From Candidatus Latescibacterota bacterium (lineage in GTDB: Bacteria; Latescibacterota; UBA2968; UBA8231), in the NCBI GenBank assembly GCA_964291625.2, contig OZ220089.1, positions 2,848,001-2,912,000 on the forward strand: DNA of 64,000 nt, given 5' to 3'. This document shows, piece by piece, positions 54,253-64,000 of this stretch (the first letter of the stretch is position 1; each line of letters starts with the position of its first letter). The notes beneath the pieces were generated by a model, which searched no databases, had not been told where the DNA came from, and was given only the letters and a program-made list of their open reading frames with translations. A program made the position numbers and the translations under genes.

Positions 54253-54268
54253 GTTTTGCGAATACGGT

Positions 54269-54344
<76 letters not shown>

Positions 54345-54390
54345 TTTTACCTGAGGAGCCCGCCCGCAAAGGCGAGGCTCCCGCTCTTGG

Positions 54391-54666
54391 GCAGGCCGTG
54401 CTAGATGGGGAGTTAGCGGTGCCCTGCACCCGCAATCCGCTCTAGCGGGATCGAATCCCCGTCCGAGGTCTACAAGCCGTCTTTCCGGTCGGTACCCGGA
54501 GGGCGTCGAAAGCCGGATTCCGCGCAACGCGAGGCTTCCGAACCCCGTCAGGACCGGAAGGTAGCAGCGGTAAGAGGCTGACGCGTGTGCCGCGGAGGTC
54601 TCTGGCTGGAGCCCGGCGGTCGCGGCCGGACGGCGGCGCGGGATCGAAGACGGGTGCACGGCCTGC
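54391..54666 (+). ncRNA. ffs: Large (Alu-domain-containing) bacterial SRP RNA
   Basis: 5' GCCGTGCTAGATGGGGAGTTAGCGGTGCCCTG Alu-like start; helix 8 TCAGGACCGGAAGGTAGCAGC; terminal GCAGGCCGTGC/GCACGGCCTGC pairing; lies between tadA and dnaX. Confidence 0.92.
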
Positions 54667-54742
54667 GTTCTACCCGCGGGCTCCCCTGCGGGCGCAGCGA
54701 GCCCAACATCGCCCTGGAGCCGGCCCCTCGCCTCCGACAGCC

Positions 54743-56455
54743 ATGCCCTTCCAGGTCACAGCCCGCAAGTGGCGCCCCCAGCGGTTCTCCGAGGTCGTCG
54801 GGCAGGAGCATATCACCGCCACCCTGACCAACGCCCTGGCCAGTGGCCGCATCGCTCACTGCTACCTGTTCTGCGGACCTCGCGGCGTCGGCAAGACCAC
54901 GACGGCGCGCATCCTGGCCAAGGCCCTCAACTGCTCCGCCCGCGGCGAGGCGACTGATCCCTGCGGCGAGTGTCCCTCCTGCACGGCCATCACCGACGGC
55001 ACGAGCATGGATGTCCTCGAGATCGATGGCGCCTCGAACAACAGCGTCGACGACGTGAGAGAGCTGCGGGAGGTGGTGCGCTACATCCCTACCGAGGGCG
55101 CCCACAAGATCTACATCATCGACGAAGTCCACATGTTGTCGCGGCCGGCCTTCAACGCTCTCCTCAAGACGCTCGAGGAGCCGCCGGAACGGGTCGTCTT
55201 CGTCTTCGCCACCACCGAGGTGCAGGAAGTCCCGGAGACCATCCTGTCGCGCTGCCAGAGGTTCAATTTCCGCCGCATCTCCACCTCCAGTATCGCCGGG
55301 CACCTCGGGGAGATCACCGCCGCCGAGAAGATCGAGTCCGACCAGGAGGCCCTCTACCTGCTGGCCCACCGCGCCGACGGCGCCCTCAGGGACGCCGAGA
55401 GCCTCCTCGATCAGGTCGTCTCCTTCGGGGGCCGCGTGAGCGGCGAGGGCGTCCGGGAGGTCCTGGGCCTGATCGACCGTGGCGTCTTCTTCGAAGCCAC
55501 CTCGGCCATCGCCGAGGGCGACGGGGGCCGGCTGCTCGACCTCGTGACCCGGGTCCTCGAGGAGGGCGGAGACCTCGAGGAGTTCGTCGGCGGCCTGGTG
55601 GAGCATGCCTCCCGCCTGCTCTTCACCAAGGTGCAGGAGTCCGCCGCCAGGCTCGAGGTCACCGAGGACGATGCCCGGCGCTACGAGGAGGCCGCCGGCG
55701 CCCTGACAGAGGCCGACCTGCTGCGCATCGTGCAGACCCTGATGGAGCTCGAGGCCGAGGTGCGCAAGTCGTTGCAGCCCCGGTTCCGCACCGAGCTGGC
55801 CCTCGTGCGGCTGGCCGGCATGGGCCGCGCCGTGGACGTGGGGCGCCTCCTGGCGCGGCTGTCCGCCCTCGAGGCCGCCGTCGCCGCCGGCGGTGGGGCC
55901 GCCGCCGCTCCCCCGGCGAGGCGGAGTCCGCCGCGGTCACGCAACCCGGACTCCGGCCCGCCACCGCAGGTCCCGCCTCCCGCGGCGGAGGAGGTAGCGC
56001 CCGGGCCGGCGCCCGACCACGAAGGCTCCGGGCCCTCCGGGAGTCCCTCCGAGGCCGCCGACCCCTCCCCGGAGGGAGACCTGGACATCCAGCAGTTGTG
56101 GCCCCGGGTCATCGATCACCTGCGGGAGACCCAGCCTTCGATGCCCGGCTTCCTGCAGGAGGTCACGCGCCTGGAGATCAAAGGGTCCGTGCTCACCCTC
56201 TTCTTCGACGGGAGCAACCGCTTCGTCATGGGCCAGGTGGCCAAGGCCGACGCCGCGGTGGCCGCCGCCGTGGCCCGCGCCGGCGGGCCCGAGGTCCGCG
56301 TCCTGTGCGGCGTCGACGGCGGCGAGGCGCCGGCGCCGGCGACGGCCGAGAAGCCGGGGTCAGCCGCGCCCCCACCGGCCCGGACCTCACCCGAGGCGGG
56401 CCTCGATCCGAAGGTGCGGTCTGTCCTCGAAGCCCTCGACGGGGAGATCGTGTAG
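54743..56455 (+). CDS. dnaX: DNA polymerase III subunit gamma/tau
   Basis: ARKWRPQRFSEVVGQ, GPRGVGKTT, CGECPSC, EIDGASN, IIDEVHML, SRCQRF; Pro-rich linker. Confidence 0.96.
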   Translation: MPFQVTARKWRPQRFSEVVGQEHITATLTNALASGRIAHCYLFCGPRGVGKTTTARILAKALNCSARGEATDPCGECPSCTAITDGTSMDVLEIDGASNNSVDDVRELREVVRYIPTEGAHKIYIIDEVHMLSRPAFNALLKTLEEPPERVVFVFATTEVQEVPETILSRCQRFNFRRISTSSIAGHLGEITAAEKIESDQEALYLLAHRADGALRDAESLLDQVVSFGGRVSGEGVREVLGLIDRGVFFEATSAIAEGDGGRLLDLVTRVLEEGGDLEEFVGGLVEHASRLLFTKVQESAARLEVTEDDARRYEEAAGALTEADLLRIVQTLMELEAEVRKSLQPRFRTELALVRLAGMGRAVDVGRLLARLSALEAAVAAGGGAAAAPPARRSPPRSRNPDSGPPPQVPPPAAEEVAPGPAPDHEGSGPSGSPSEAADPSPEGDLDIQQLWPRVIDHLRETQPSMPGFLQEVTRLEIKGSVLTLFFDGSNRFVMGQVAKADAAVAAAVARAGGPEVRVLCGVDGGEAPAPATAEKPGSAAPPPARTSPEAGLDPKVRSVLEALDGEIV

Positions 56456-56456
56456 C

Positions 56457-57053
56457 ATGGGCCCTCAGGCTCTCGAGGACCTGGTGACCGCCCTGGCGCG
56501 GCTGCCCGGAATCGGCCGCAAGACGGCTCAGCGGCTGGCCCTCTTCGTGCTCAAGTCCCCTCCCGGGGAGGCCGCCGCCCTGGCCGACGCGATCCAGGGG
56601 GCCCGTGAGCGGATCGGCCACTGCACCCTGTGCTACAACCTCACCGAGAGCGACCAGCCCCTGTGCCGGGTCTGCCGCGACGAGGGCCGCGACCGCCAGC
56701 TCATCTGCGTGGTCGAAGAGGCCAGCGACGCCCTGGCCCTGGAGCGCAGCGATCTGATGCGGGGTACTTACCACGTTCTCGGGGGGGCGTTGTCGCCTCT
56801 CGACGGCATCGGACCCGACGACCTGCGCATCGCCGAGCTCCTCGAGCGGGTGAGGCGCGACGGCGTGCGCGAGGTGATCCTGGCGCACAACGCCAGCGCC
56901 GAGGGCGAGGCCACTGCCGAGTACATTCATCAGCGGCTCGATTCCATGACCCGCGTCACCCGCCTGGCCCGCGGCCTGCCCGCCGGCTCCGACCTGGACC
57001 TGGCGGACCGGACCACCCTCGCCCACGCCCTCCAGGGCCGCACGACCTTCTGA
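56457..57053 (+). CDS. recR: Recombination protein RecR
   Basis: LPGIGRKTAQRLA, C..C..C..C zinc finger, YHVLGGALSPLDGIGP, EGEATA, TRLARGLP. Confidence 0.96.
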   Translation: MGPQALEDLVTALARLPGIGRKTAQRLALFVLKSPPGEAAALADAIQGARERIGHCTLCYNLTESDQPLCRVCRDEGRDRQLICVVEEASDALALERSDLMRGTYHVLGGALSPLDGIGPDDLRIAELLERVRRDGVREVILAHNASAEGEATAEYIHQRLDSMTRVTRLARGLPAGSDLDLADRTTLAHALQGRTTF

Positions 57054-57652
57054 TGGCTGCAAAGGCAAAGGCCAACCCGGGCGGCGGCATCATCAACCTG
57101 CCCAACCTGTTGACGCTCTCCCGCATCTGCGCGACCCCCCTCTTCCTGGCCATGCTCTTCACCGACATCTGGTACTGGCGCTCGACGGCCGTCTTCGTCT
57201 TCGCCGCGGCCTCTCTCACCGATCTCTACGACGGCCGCCTGGCCAGGGCCCGGAACTCGGTCACCGAGTTCGGCCGCTTCATGGATCCCCTGGCCGACAA
57301 GATTCTCGTCACCTCCGCCCTGATCGCCTTCGTTCTCGGCCGCATCGTCCACGCCTGGATCGTGGTGCCCATCGTCGTGCGCGACGTGGTCATCACCGCC
57401 CTCCGTCTCTACGGCATGCGCCAGGGCCGGATGATGGAGACCTCCGTCCTCGCCAAGTGGAAGACCACCGCCCAGCTTGTCACCATCGTGGTCATCCTGA
57501 CCCTCATCGGTCTGCAGGACATGGCCGGACACTTCGAGTGGAGCGGAGTGCTGGCCGTCGGCGACTGGATCCGGCTGCTGACCAACGGCCTGATGACCGG
57601 CGTCCTTCTCCTTACCGTGCTCTCCGGTTTTCACTATTTTCTGCGGACCTGA
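57053..57652 (+). CDS. pgsA: CDP-diacylglycerol--glycerol-3-phosphate 3-phosphatidyltransferase
   Basis: NLPNLLTLSR, TDLYDGRLAR..FGRFMDPLADK CDP-alcohol motif, AKWKTTAQ. Confidence 0.93.
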   Translation: MAAKAKANPGGGIINLPNLLTLSRICATPLFLAMLFTDIWYWRSTAVFVFAAASLTDLYDGRLARARNSVTEFGRFMDPLADKILVTSALIAFVLGRIVHAWIVVPIVVRDVVITALRLYGMRQGRMMETSVLAKWKTTAQLVTIVVILTLIGLQDMAGHFEWSGVLAVGDWIRLLTNGLMTGVLLLTVLSGFHYFLRT

Positions 57653-57716
57653 CAGCGGGTCCCCGGATCGCACTTCACGGCACGCGGCCGAGTTCCTCCG
57701 GACCGCCATCGCCACG

Positions 57717-58138
57717 GTGCTGTTTTCCGGCCGGTCGCCCTTCGCCCCCGGTACCGCGGGTACCGCGGTGACCGCTACGGCCTATCTGGTCCTGTGCGAT
57801 TCCCTGACCACCGGCGCGTGGATCGTCCTGCTGGCCGTGACCACCGCCGTGGCCGTGGCCAGCGCCGGCGCCGAGGCCCGCGCCCGGAACCAGGAGGATC
57901 CGGGCCCAGTGGTGATCGACGAAGCCGCGGGATACCTGTTCGCGGTTGCCTTCCTTCCCCATGGTCCGGTGACCGCCATCGCCGGATTCCTGGTGTTCCG
58001 GGCCCTCGACATCCTCAAGCCGCCGCCGGCGCGCCAGCTCGAGCGCCTGCCCGGCGGATGGGGGATCGTCCTCGACGACGTCGCCGCCGGTCTCATGAGC
58101 CACCTGCTGCTGCGGGCGGGCTGGGCGCTGGCCGGGCG

Positions 58139-58142
<4 letters not shown>
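57717..58142 (+). CDS. pgpA: Phosphatidylglycerophosphatase A (true N-terminus probably further upstream)
   Basis: [44 protein letters not shown]. Confidence 0.88.
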
Positions 58143-59205
<1,063 letters not shown>

Positions 59206-59209
<4 letters not shown>

Positions 59210-59712
59210 GCGTGGCCTCCGGGATCGAAGAGCGGGAGAGCGCCCGCCGCATTGCCCTCGAGCTTCTCGAGGTCCGCGACCGCTCGGTGAAGGAGATCCG
59301 CCAGGGGCTGCATCGCCGCGGCTGCAATCCGGCGGCGATTGACACCGTGGTGGGCGATCTGGAGGCGCTGCGCCTCCTCGACGACCGCGCCTTCGTCCGC
59401 CGCTGGGTCGAGAGCCGGAGGTCCCGCCGCCCCGAGGGGGCGCCGAAGATCAGCCGCGACTTGGTCCGGCGAGGGATCGACCCGGCCCTCATCGAAGAAG
59501 TCCTGGCCGAGTACGGGGAAGATCTCGGATCCGGGGCCGAGGCCCTGTCGCTGCTGCGCCGGCAGCTGACCCGGTACCGGGGGCTCGACCCGGAGACCGC
59601 GCGGCGGCGCATGTACGGGCTGCTGGCCCGCCGCGGGTTCGACCCCGACACGGTGCGGGAGGCGGTGACGCGGGCCTGGACCGAGATCGAGGAGGCCGGG
59701 GAGAAGAGATGA
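59206..59712 (+). CDS. recX: Regulatory protein RecX
   Basis: [31 protein letters not shown]; directly after recA. Confidence 0.9.
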
Positions 59713-62321
59713 AGTCCAACGAGATTCGCGAGACCTTCCTCTCCTTCTTCGAGGACCGGGGACACGCCCGGGTGCCGAGCGCCCCGGTGGTGCCGGCCGA
59801 CGACCCTACCCTGTACTTCATCAACGCCGGCATGAACCAGTTCAAGGACGTCTTCCTCGGGCTGGGCAGCCGGCCGTACACGCGCGCCGTGGACACGCAG
59901 AAGTGCATCCGGGTCTCCGGCAAGCACAACGACCTGGAGGAGGTGGGGATCAGCCCCTGGCACCACACCTTCTTCGAGATGCTCGGCAACTGGTCCTTCG
60001 GCGACTACTTCAAGGAAGAGGCCATCCGCTGGGGCTGGGAGCTGGTGACGGAGCGTTTCGGCCTGCGCAAAGACCGGCTGTGGGCCACCGTCTTCGAAGG
60101 CGGAGAGGGGGTTCCGCCCGACGAGGAGGCCGAATCCCTGTGGTACGGGGAGACCGACCTTCTGCCCGGGCGCGTGGTGCGGCTGCCGGCCAAGGACAAC
60201 TTCTGGGAGATGGGCGGGACCGGCCCCTGCGGCCCCTGCTCGGAGATCCACTACTACATCGGTGACGACCCCTCTCTCCAGAGCGAGGAGCTGCTGCTGC
60301 AGGACGGTCCCGAGTTCGTGGAGTTCTGGAATCTCGTCTTCATCCAGTTCAACCGCGACGAGTCGGGGACCCTGCATCCGCTGCCCGCCCGGCACGTCGA
60401 CACCGGCATGGGCTTCGAGCGCATGTGCAGCCTGCTCCAGGGCGCCGGGAGCAACTACGACACCGATCTCTTCCGGCCGCTGATCGGGTGCATCGCCGAG
60501 GTCACCGGCGCCGACCCGGGGTCCGATGCCGGACGGGTGCCGGCCCGCGTGATCGCCGACCACGTGCGCGCTCTCACCTTCGCCATCGGCGACGGCGTCC
60601 TGCCCTCCAACGAGGGGCGGGGCTACGTGCTGCGGCGCATCCTGCGGCGGGCCTCCCGCTTCGGTCGCCAGCTCGACCAGCACGACCCCTTCCTGTACCG
60701 GCTGGTCCAGCCCCTGGCCGACTCCATGGCTCACGTCTTCCCCGAGGCGAAGGAGAAGGCCGCCCACGTGGCCATGGTGATCCAGGCCGAGGAACAGTCC
60801 TTCGGCCGCACCCTCGACCGCGGGCTGGAGATCTTCGAGCGCGTCAGCCAGAAGGGCGAAGTCTCGGGGGCCGACGCCTTCCGCCTCTTCGACACCTACG
60901 GGTTCCCCCTCGATCTCACCGAGCTGATGGCGCGAGAGCGCGGCCTGTCCGTCGACACCGCCGGTTTCCATGCCGAGCTCGATGGCCAGCGCCAGCGCGC
61001 CCGGGCGGCCACCAGGGACCGCTTCGCCGCCTCGGAGGGCCTCGGAGACGCCGTCGAGGGCGAGCACTCCCTGTTTGTCGGCTACGACGAGTTGGAGATC
61101 GAGGCGCGGGTGATGCACGCCCAGGTCGACGACGGTGTTGCGCGGGTTGTCCTCGGCCGCACCCCGTTCTACGCCGAGTCGGGCGGTCAGGTCGGCGACC
61201 GGGGGGTCCTCACCGCCGACGGTCTGCGCATCGACGTGGAGACGACGCGGAAGGGGCGCGGCGGCATCGTCCACGAGGGACGGCTGATCGAGGGTGAACC
61301 CCCCGGCCCGGGCCAGGTGGTGTGCGCCTCCGTCGACCGGGAGGCCCGCGATGCCGCGGCGCGCAACCACACGGCCACGCACCTGCTGCACGAGGCCCTG
61401 CGCCGGGTCCTGGGGGATCACGTGGCGCAGATGGGATCCCTCGTGGCGCCGGACCGCCTGCGCTTCGACTTCTCCCACTTCCAGGCCATGGAGTCGGGAC
61501 AGCTGGAGGAGGCCGGTGCCATCGTCAACGGCTGCATCCGCGAGGACATCAAGGTCTCCTCCTTCGAGGAGGATCTCGATCGCGCCCGGCGGATGGGGGC
61601 CCAGGCGCTGTTCGGCGAGAAGTACGAGGACCGCGTGCGGGTCGTGAAGATCGGCGACTTCAGCCTCGAGCTGTGCGGCGGCACCCACGTGGCCCACACC
61701 GGCCAGATCGGCCTCTTCGACCTCACCGCCGAGAGCGGCATCGCCGCCGGCACCCGCCGGGTCGAGGCCCTTTCCGGCGTCGAGGCCGAGGGCGCCGCCC
61801 GCCGCCACCGCGCCCTCCTCGGCGAGATCGGCCGCCTGCTGAACGCCGGCGACGAGGAGCTGCCCGACCAGGTGCGCCGCCTGCTCGAGCGCAATCGCGA
61901 CCTGGAGAAGGCCCTGGCCGAGGTACGCCGTCAGGCCGCCGGGGACAGCGCCGCCTCCCTGGCCGGGGGCGCCGTCGATGTGGAGGGCGTGCGCGTTGCC
62001 GCCTGCCGGGTCGAGGCCGAAGACGTGCCCGCCATGCGCACCCTCGCCGACGGCCTTCGCGACAGCCTGGGCTCCGGCGTCGGGGTCCTCGGCGCCGAGG
62101 TGAAGGGGAGGGTCTCCTTCATCGCCGTGGTCACCGACGACGTGATCCAGTCGCGGGGGCTGAAGGCCGGGGACATCGTCAAGGAGGTCGCCCGCATCGC
62201 CGGCGGCTCCGGAGGGGGCCGGCCCCACATGGCCCAGGCCGGCGGCAAGGACCCCTCCCGGATCGACGAGGCCATCGCAGCCGCGGCTGGCATCGTGCGG
62301 CGATGCCTGACGGATGGCTAG
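59709..62321 (+). CDS. alaS: Alanine--tRNA ligase
   Basis: DPTLYFINAGMNQFK, HHTFFEMLGNWSFGDYFK, DTGMGFER, NHTATHLL, ELCGGTH, GGGRPHMAQAGG. Confidence 0.98.
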   Translation: MKSNEIRETFLSFFEDRGHARVPSAPVVPADDPTLYFINAGMNQFKDVFLGLGSRPYTRAVDTQKCIRVSGKHNDLEEVGISPWHHTFFEMLGNWSFGDYFKEEAIRWGWELVTERFGLRKDRLWATVFEGGEGVPPDEEAESLWYGETDLLPGRVVRLPAKDNFWEMGGTGPCGPCSEIHYYIGDDPSLQSEELLLQDGPEFVEFWNLVFIQFNRDESGTLHPLPARHVDTGMGFERMCSLLQGAGSNYDTDLFRPLIGCIAEVTGADPGSDAGRVPARVIADHVRALTFAIGDGVLPSNEGRGYVLRRILRRASRFGRQLDQHDPFLYRLVQPLADSMAHVFPEAKEKAAHVAMVIQAEEQSFGRTLDRGLEIFERVSQKGEVSGADAFRLFDTYGFPLDLTELMARERGLSVDTAGFHAELDGQRQRARAATRDRFAASEGLGDAVEGEHSLFVGYDELEIEARVMHAQVDDGVARVVLGRTPFYAESGGQVGDRGVLTADGLRIDVETTRKGRGGIVHEGRLIEGEPPGPGQVVCASVDREARDAAARNHTATHLLHEALRRVLGDHVAQMGSLVAPDRLRFDFSHFQAMESGQLEEAGAIVNGCIREDIKVSSFEEDLDRARRMGAQALFGEKYEDRVRVVKIGDFSLELCGGTHVAHTGQIGLFDLTAESGIAAGTRRVEALSGVEAEGAARRHRALLGEIGRLLNAGDEELPDQVRRLLERNRDLEKALAEVRRQAAGDSAASLAGGAVDVEGVRVAACRVEAEDVPAMRTLADGLRDSLGSGVGVLGAEVKGRVSFIAVVTDDVIQSRGLKAGDIVKEVARIAGGSGGGRPHMAQAGGKDPSRIDEAIAAAAGIVRRCLTDG

Positions 62322-62339
62322 CGCCCCGGGCCGCGGACG

Positions 62340-63089
62340 ATGAAGAGCACCTTCGAACAGCTGCTCGAAGCACGGGCGCGCCGCGGCGCGGGCTATCTGA
62401 CCCTCCTCGACCCCGACCGCCTGCCCCTGGAAGAGCTCGAGAGGCGGGCCTCGATCTGCGCCGAGGCGGGGGCCGACGGGATCCTCGTGGGCACCAGCCT
62501 GATGCTCTCGACGGCGCGCAACGCCGAGCTCTTCGAGCGCCTGCGCGCCCTCGTGCAGATCCCCGTCATCTCCTTTCCGGGAGACGCGGGGCAGGTCGTG
62601 CGCACGGCCGACGCGATCCTGTACCTGTGCATGGTGAGCGGCCGCAACCCCGAGCTGCTCATCGGGCAGCAGGTTCGCGCCGCGCCCCTGCTGAAGGAGT
62701 ACGGCATGGAGGTCATCTCCACCGCCTACATGCTGGTCGAATCGGGCACCCTGACATCGACGGAGTTCATGAGCTCCACGCGGCCCATACCGCGCGACAA
62801 GGACGACATCGCCATGGCCCACGCCCTGGCGGCGCAGTATCTCGGCATGAGGCTCGTCTACCTCGAGACCGGCTCCGGGGCCCGCGACTCCGTGCCCACG
62901 CCCATGGTGCGGGCCGTGTCCCGGTACGTCGATCTGCCGGTGATCGTGGGCGGCGGCATCCGCGATCCGCAGACGGCGCGCGACAAGGTCGAGGGAGGGG
63001 CCGCCTTCGTGGTGACCGGCACGGCCGTGGAGAACGACCCGGGCCGCCTGCGGGAGCTGAGCGCCGCGGTCCACATCGCCGAGGCTTGA
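62340..63089 (+). CDS. Geranylgeranylglyceryl/heptaprenylglyceryl phosphate synthase (group II GGGPS-like)
   Basis: LLDPD, ADGILVG, FPG, SGRNPELLIGQQ, AYMLVESG, YLETGSGA, VGGGIR, VTGT. Confidence 0.92.
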   Translation: MKSTFEQLLEARARRGAGYLTLLDPDRLPLEELERRASICAEAGADGILVGTSLMLSTARNAELFERLRALVQIPVISFPGDAGQVVRTADAILYLCMVSGRNPELLIGQQVRAAPLLKEYGMEVISTAYMLVESGTLTSTEFMSSTRPIPRDKDDIAMAHALAAQYLGMRLVYLETGSGARDSVPTPMVRAVSRYVDLPVIVGGGIRDPQTARDKVEGGAAFVVTGTAVENDPGRLRELSAAVHIAEA

Positions 63090-63128
63090 GGAAACCCTCC
63101 CGCCCCCCGGGCCAGACCAGCCAGACGC

Positions 63129-63398
63129 ATGATTCGCAAGAGCGTTGTCATCGCCAACAAGCTGGGCATCCACGCTCGTCCCGCCACGTTGCTCGTCCAG
63201 GCCGCCGGCCGTTACGAGGCGGATATCTATCTGAGCAAGGGGGACGTGACCCGTATCAACGGCAAGAGCATCATGGGGGTGATGATGCTCGCCGCCGAGT
63301 ATGGCGCCGAAGTGGTGGTCGAGGCCGAGGGGCGCGATGCCGAAGCCGCCCTGGAGGCGGTGACCGGACTGCTCGGCGGAGACTTCGAGAACACCTGA
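63129..63398 (+). CDS. ptsH: Phosphocarrier protein HPr
   Basis: GIHARPA (His15), NGKSIMGVMMLAA (Ser46). Confidence 0.96.
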   Translation: MIRKSVVIANKLGIHARPATLLVQAAGRYEADIYLSKGDVTRINGKSIMGVMMLAAEYGAEVVVEAEGRDAEAALEAVTGLLGGDFENT

Positions 63399-63409
63399 GG
63401 ACCAGGGCC

Positions 63410-64000
63410 GTGAGCCAGTCAACCCAGCGCGGGACCTACCGGAGGATCGAGGGCATCCCGGCCTCGCCCGGGATCGCCATCGGCAAGGCCTTCACCCACC
63501 GGGTGGAGAGTCCCGCCGCCGGCTCGCCGAGGAGGATCCCCGCCCATCGCGTGGAGGCCGAGGTGGGCCGCTTCCGCGCCGCCCTGGAGGCGGTGGCCGG
63601 TGACGTGCGCCGCACCCGCCAGCGCGTCGAGCACGAGCACGGGACCGACCTGGCGCTGATCTTCGACGCCCAGCTGGCCATGCTCGAGGACGTGCAGGTC
63701 CGCGACGCGACCATCGAGCGCATCCGCTCCGCCAAGCGCTCGGCCGAGGGGGCCTTCGCCGCGACCATGGGCGCCCTTCGCCGGGAGTTCGAGAAGATCG
63801 ACAACGAGTACCTGCGCGCCCGGGTGGGGGACCTCAAGGACATCGAGCAGCAGGTCCTCGTGCACCTGGCGGGGGGCGGCTTCTCCGGCCTGCAGACGCT
63901 GCGCTCCAACACCGTGATCGTCGCCCGCGACCTGCTGCCTTCCGAGGCCGCCCAACTGGCCCGGCGGCTGGTAACGGGCCTGGTCACCGACGTGGGAGGA
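63410..64000 (+). CDS. ptsI: PEP-protein phosphotransferase Enzyme I, N-terminal part (3' truncated)
   Basis: GIPASPGIAIG, IFDAQLAMLED, EYLRARVGDLKDI, VARDLLPSE, GLVTDVGG. Confidence 0.93.
   Translation, partial: MSQSTQRGTYRRIEGIPASPGIAIGKAFTHRVESPAAGSPRRIPAHRVEAEVGRFRAALEAVAGDVRRTRQRVEHEHGTDLALIFDAQLAMLEDVQVRDATIERIRSAKRSAEGAFAATMGALRREFEKIDNEYLRARVGDLKDIEQQVLVHLAGGGFSGLQTLRSNTVIVARDLLPSEAAQLARRLVTGLVTDVGG

Noticed and set aside
54345-54390. tRNA cluster as a prophage or island integration site
   Set aside because: No integrase, no duplicated tRNA 3' end and no compositional shift; only a short hairpin precedes the SRP RNA.
55880-56420. Low-complexity Pro/Ala-rich region in dnaX as a repeat or gamma/tau frameshift site
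   Set aside because: Typical flexible tau linker; no A-AAA-AAG or poly-A slippery site seen.

Overview
This GC-rich 64 kb window is a mostly housekeeping chromosomal segment from a diderm bacterium. It encodes BamA, Skp and Lol proteins. The rRNA signatures and a T9SS-like C-terminal domain suggest the FCB superphylum, possibly Latescibacterota-like (inference, not a database result). Gene order: ftsK(3')-lolA-S8 protease-hyp-prfB (+1 frameshift)-lolC/E-lolD-mcsA-mcsB-clpC-bamA-skp-fabZ-pyrB-small basic ORF-oxidoreductase-GT-C glycosyltransferase-rhamnose isomerase. Next come a full rRNA operon (16S-tRNA-Ile-23S-5S), a glycogenin-like GT8, EF-G2-yebC-ruvCAB-tsaB-sugar ABC ATPase-holB-rsmA-OM protein-ilvE-TPR, and a Yej/Opp peptide ABC transporter. 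A tightly coupled 8-gene minus-strand operon follows, then lysA, tadA-tRNA-Ser/Ser/Ala-large SRP RNA-dnaX-recR-pgsA-pgpA-recA-recX-alaS-GGGP synthase-HPr-ptsI(5'). The best candidate for an undescribed system is the minus-strand operon at 44950-52136. It pairs an orphan GlmL/MutL-type actin-fold ATPase and a barrel-sandwich-hybrid partner with four membrane proteins (DUF6754-like), and no B12 mutase is present in the window. Other notable signals: GGA>AAT at 23S positions 2056-2058, a plant-like ATCase, a bamA-skp-fabZ cluster without lpxD/lpxA, a group II GGGP synthase, a possible frameshifted PgsA-PgpA fusion, and a tadA ORF that reads through a tRNA. No CRISPR arrays or mobile elements were seen.
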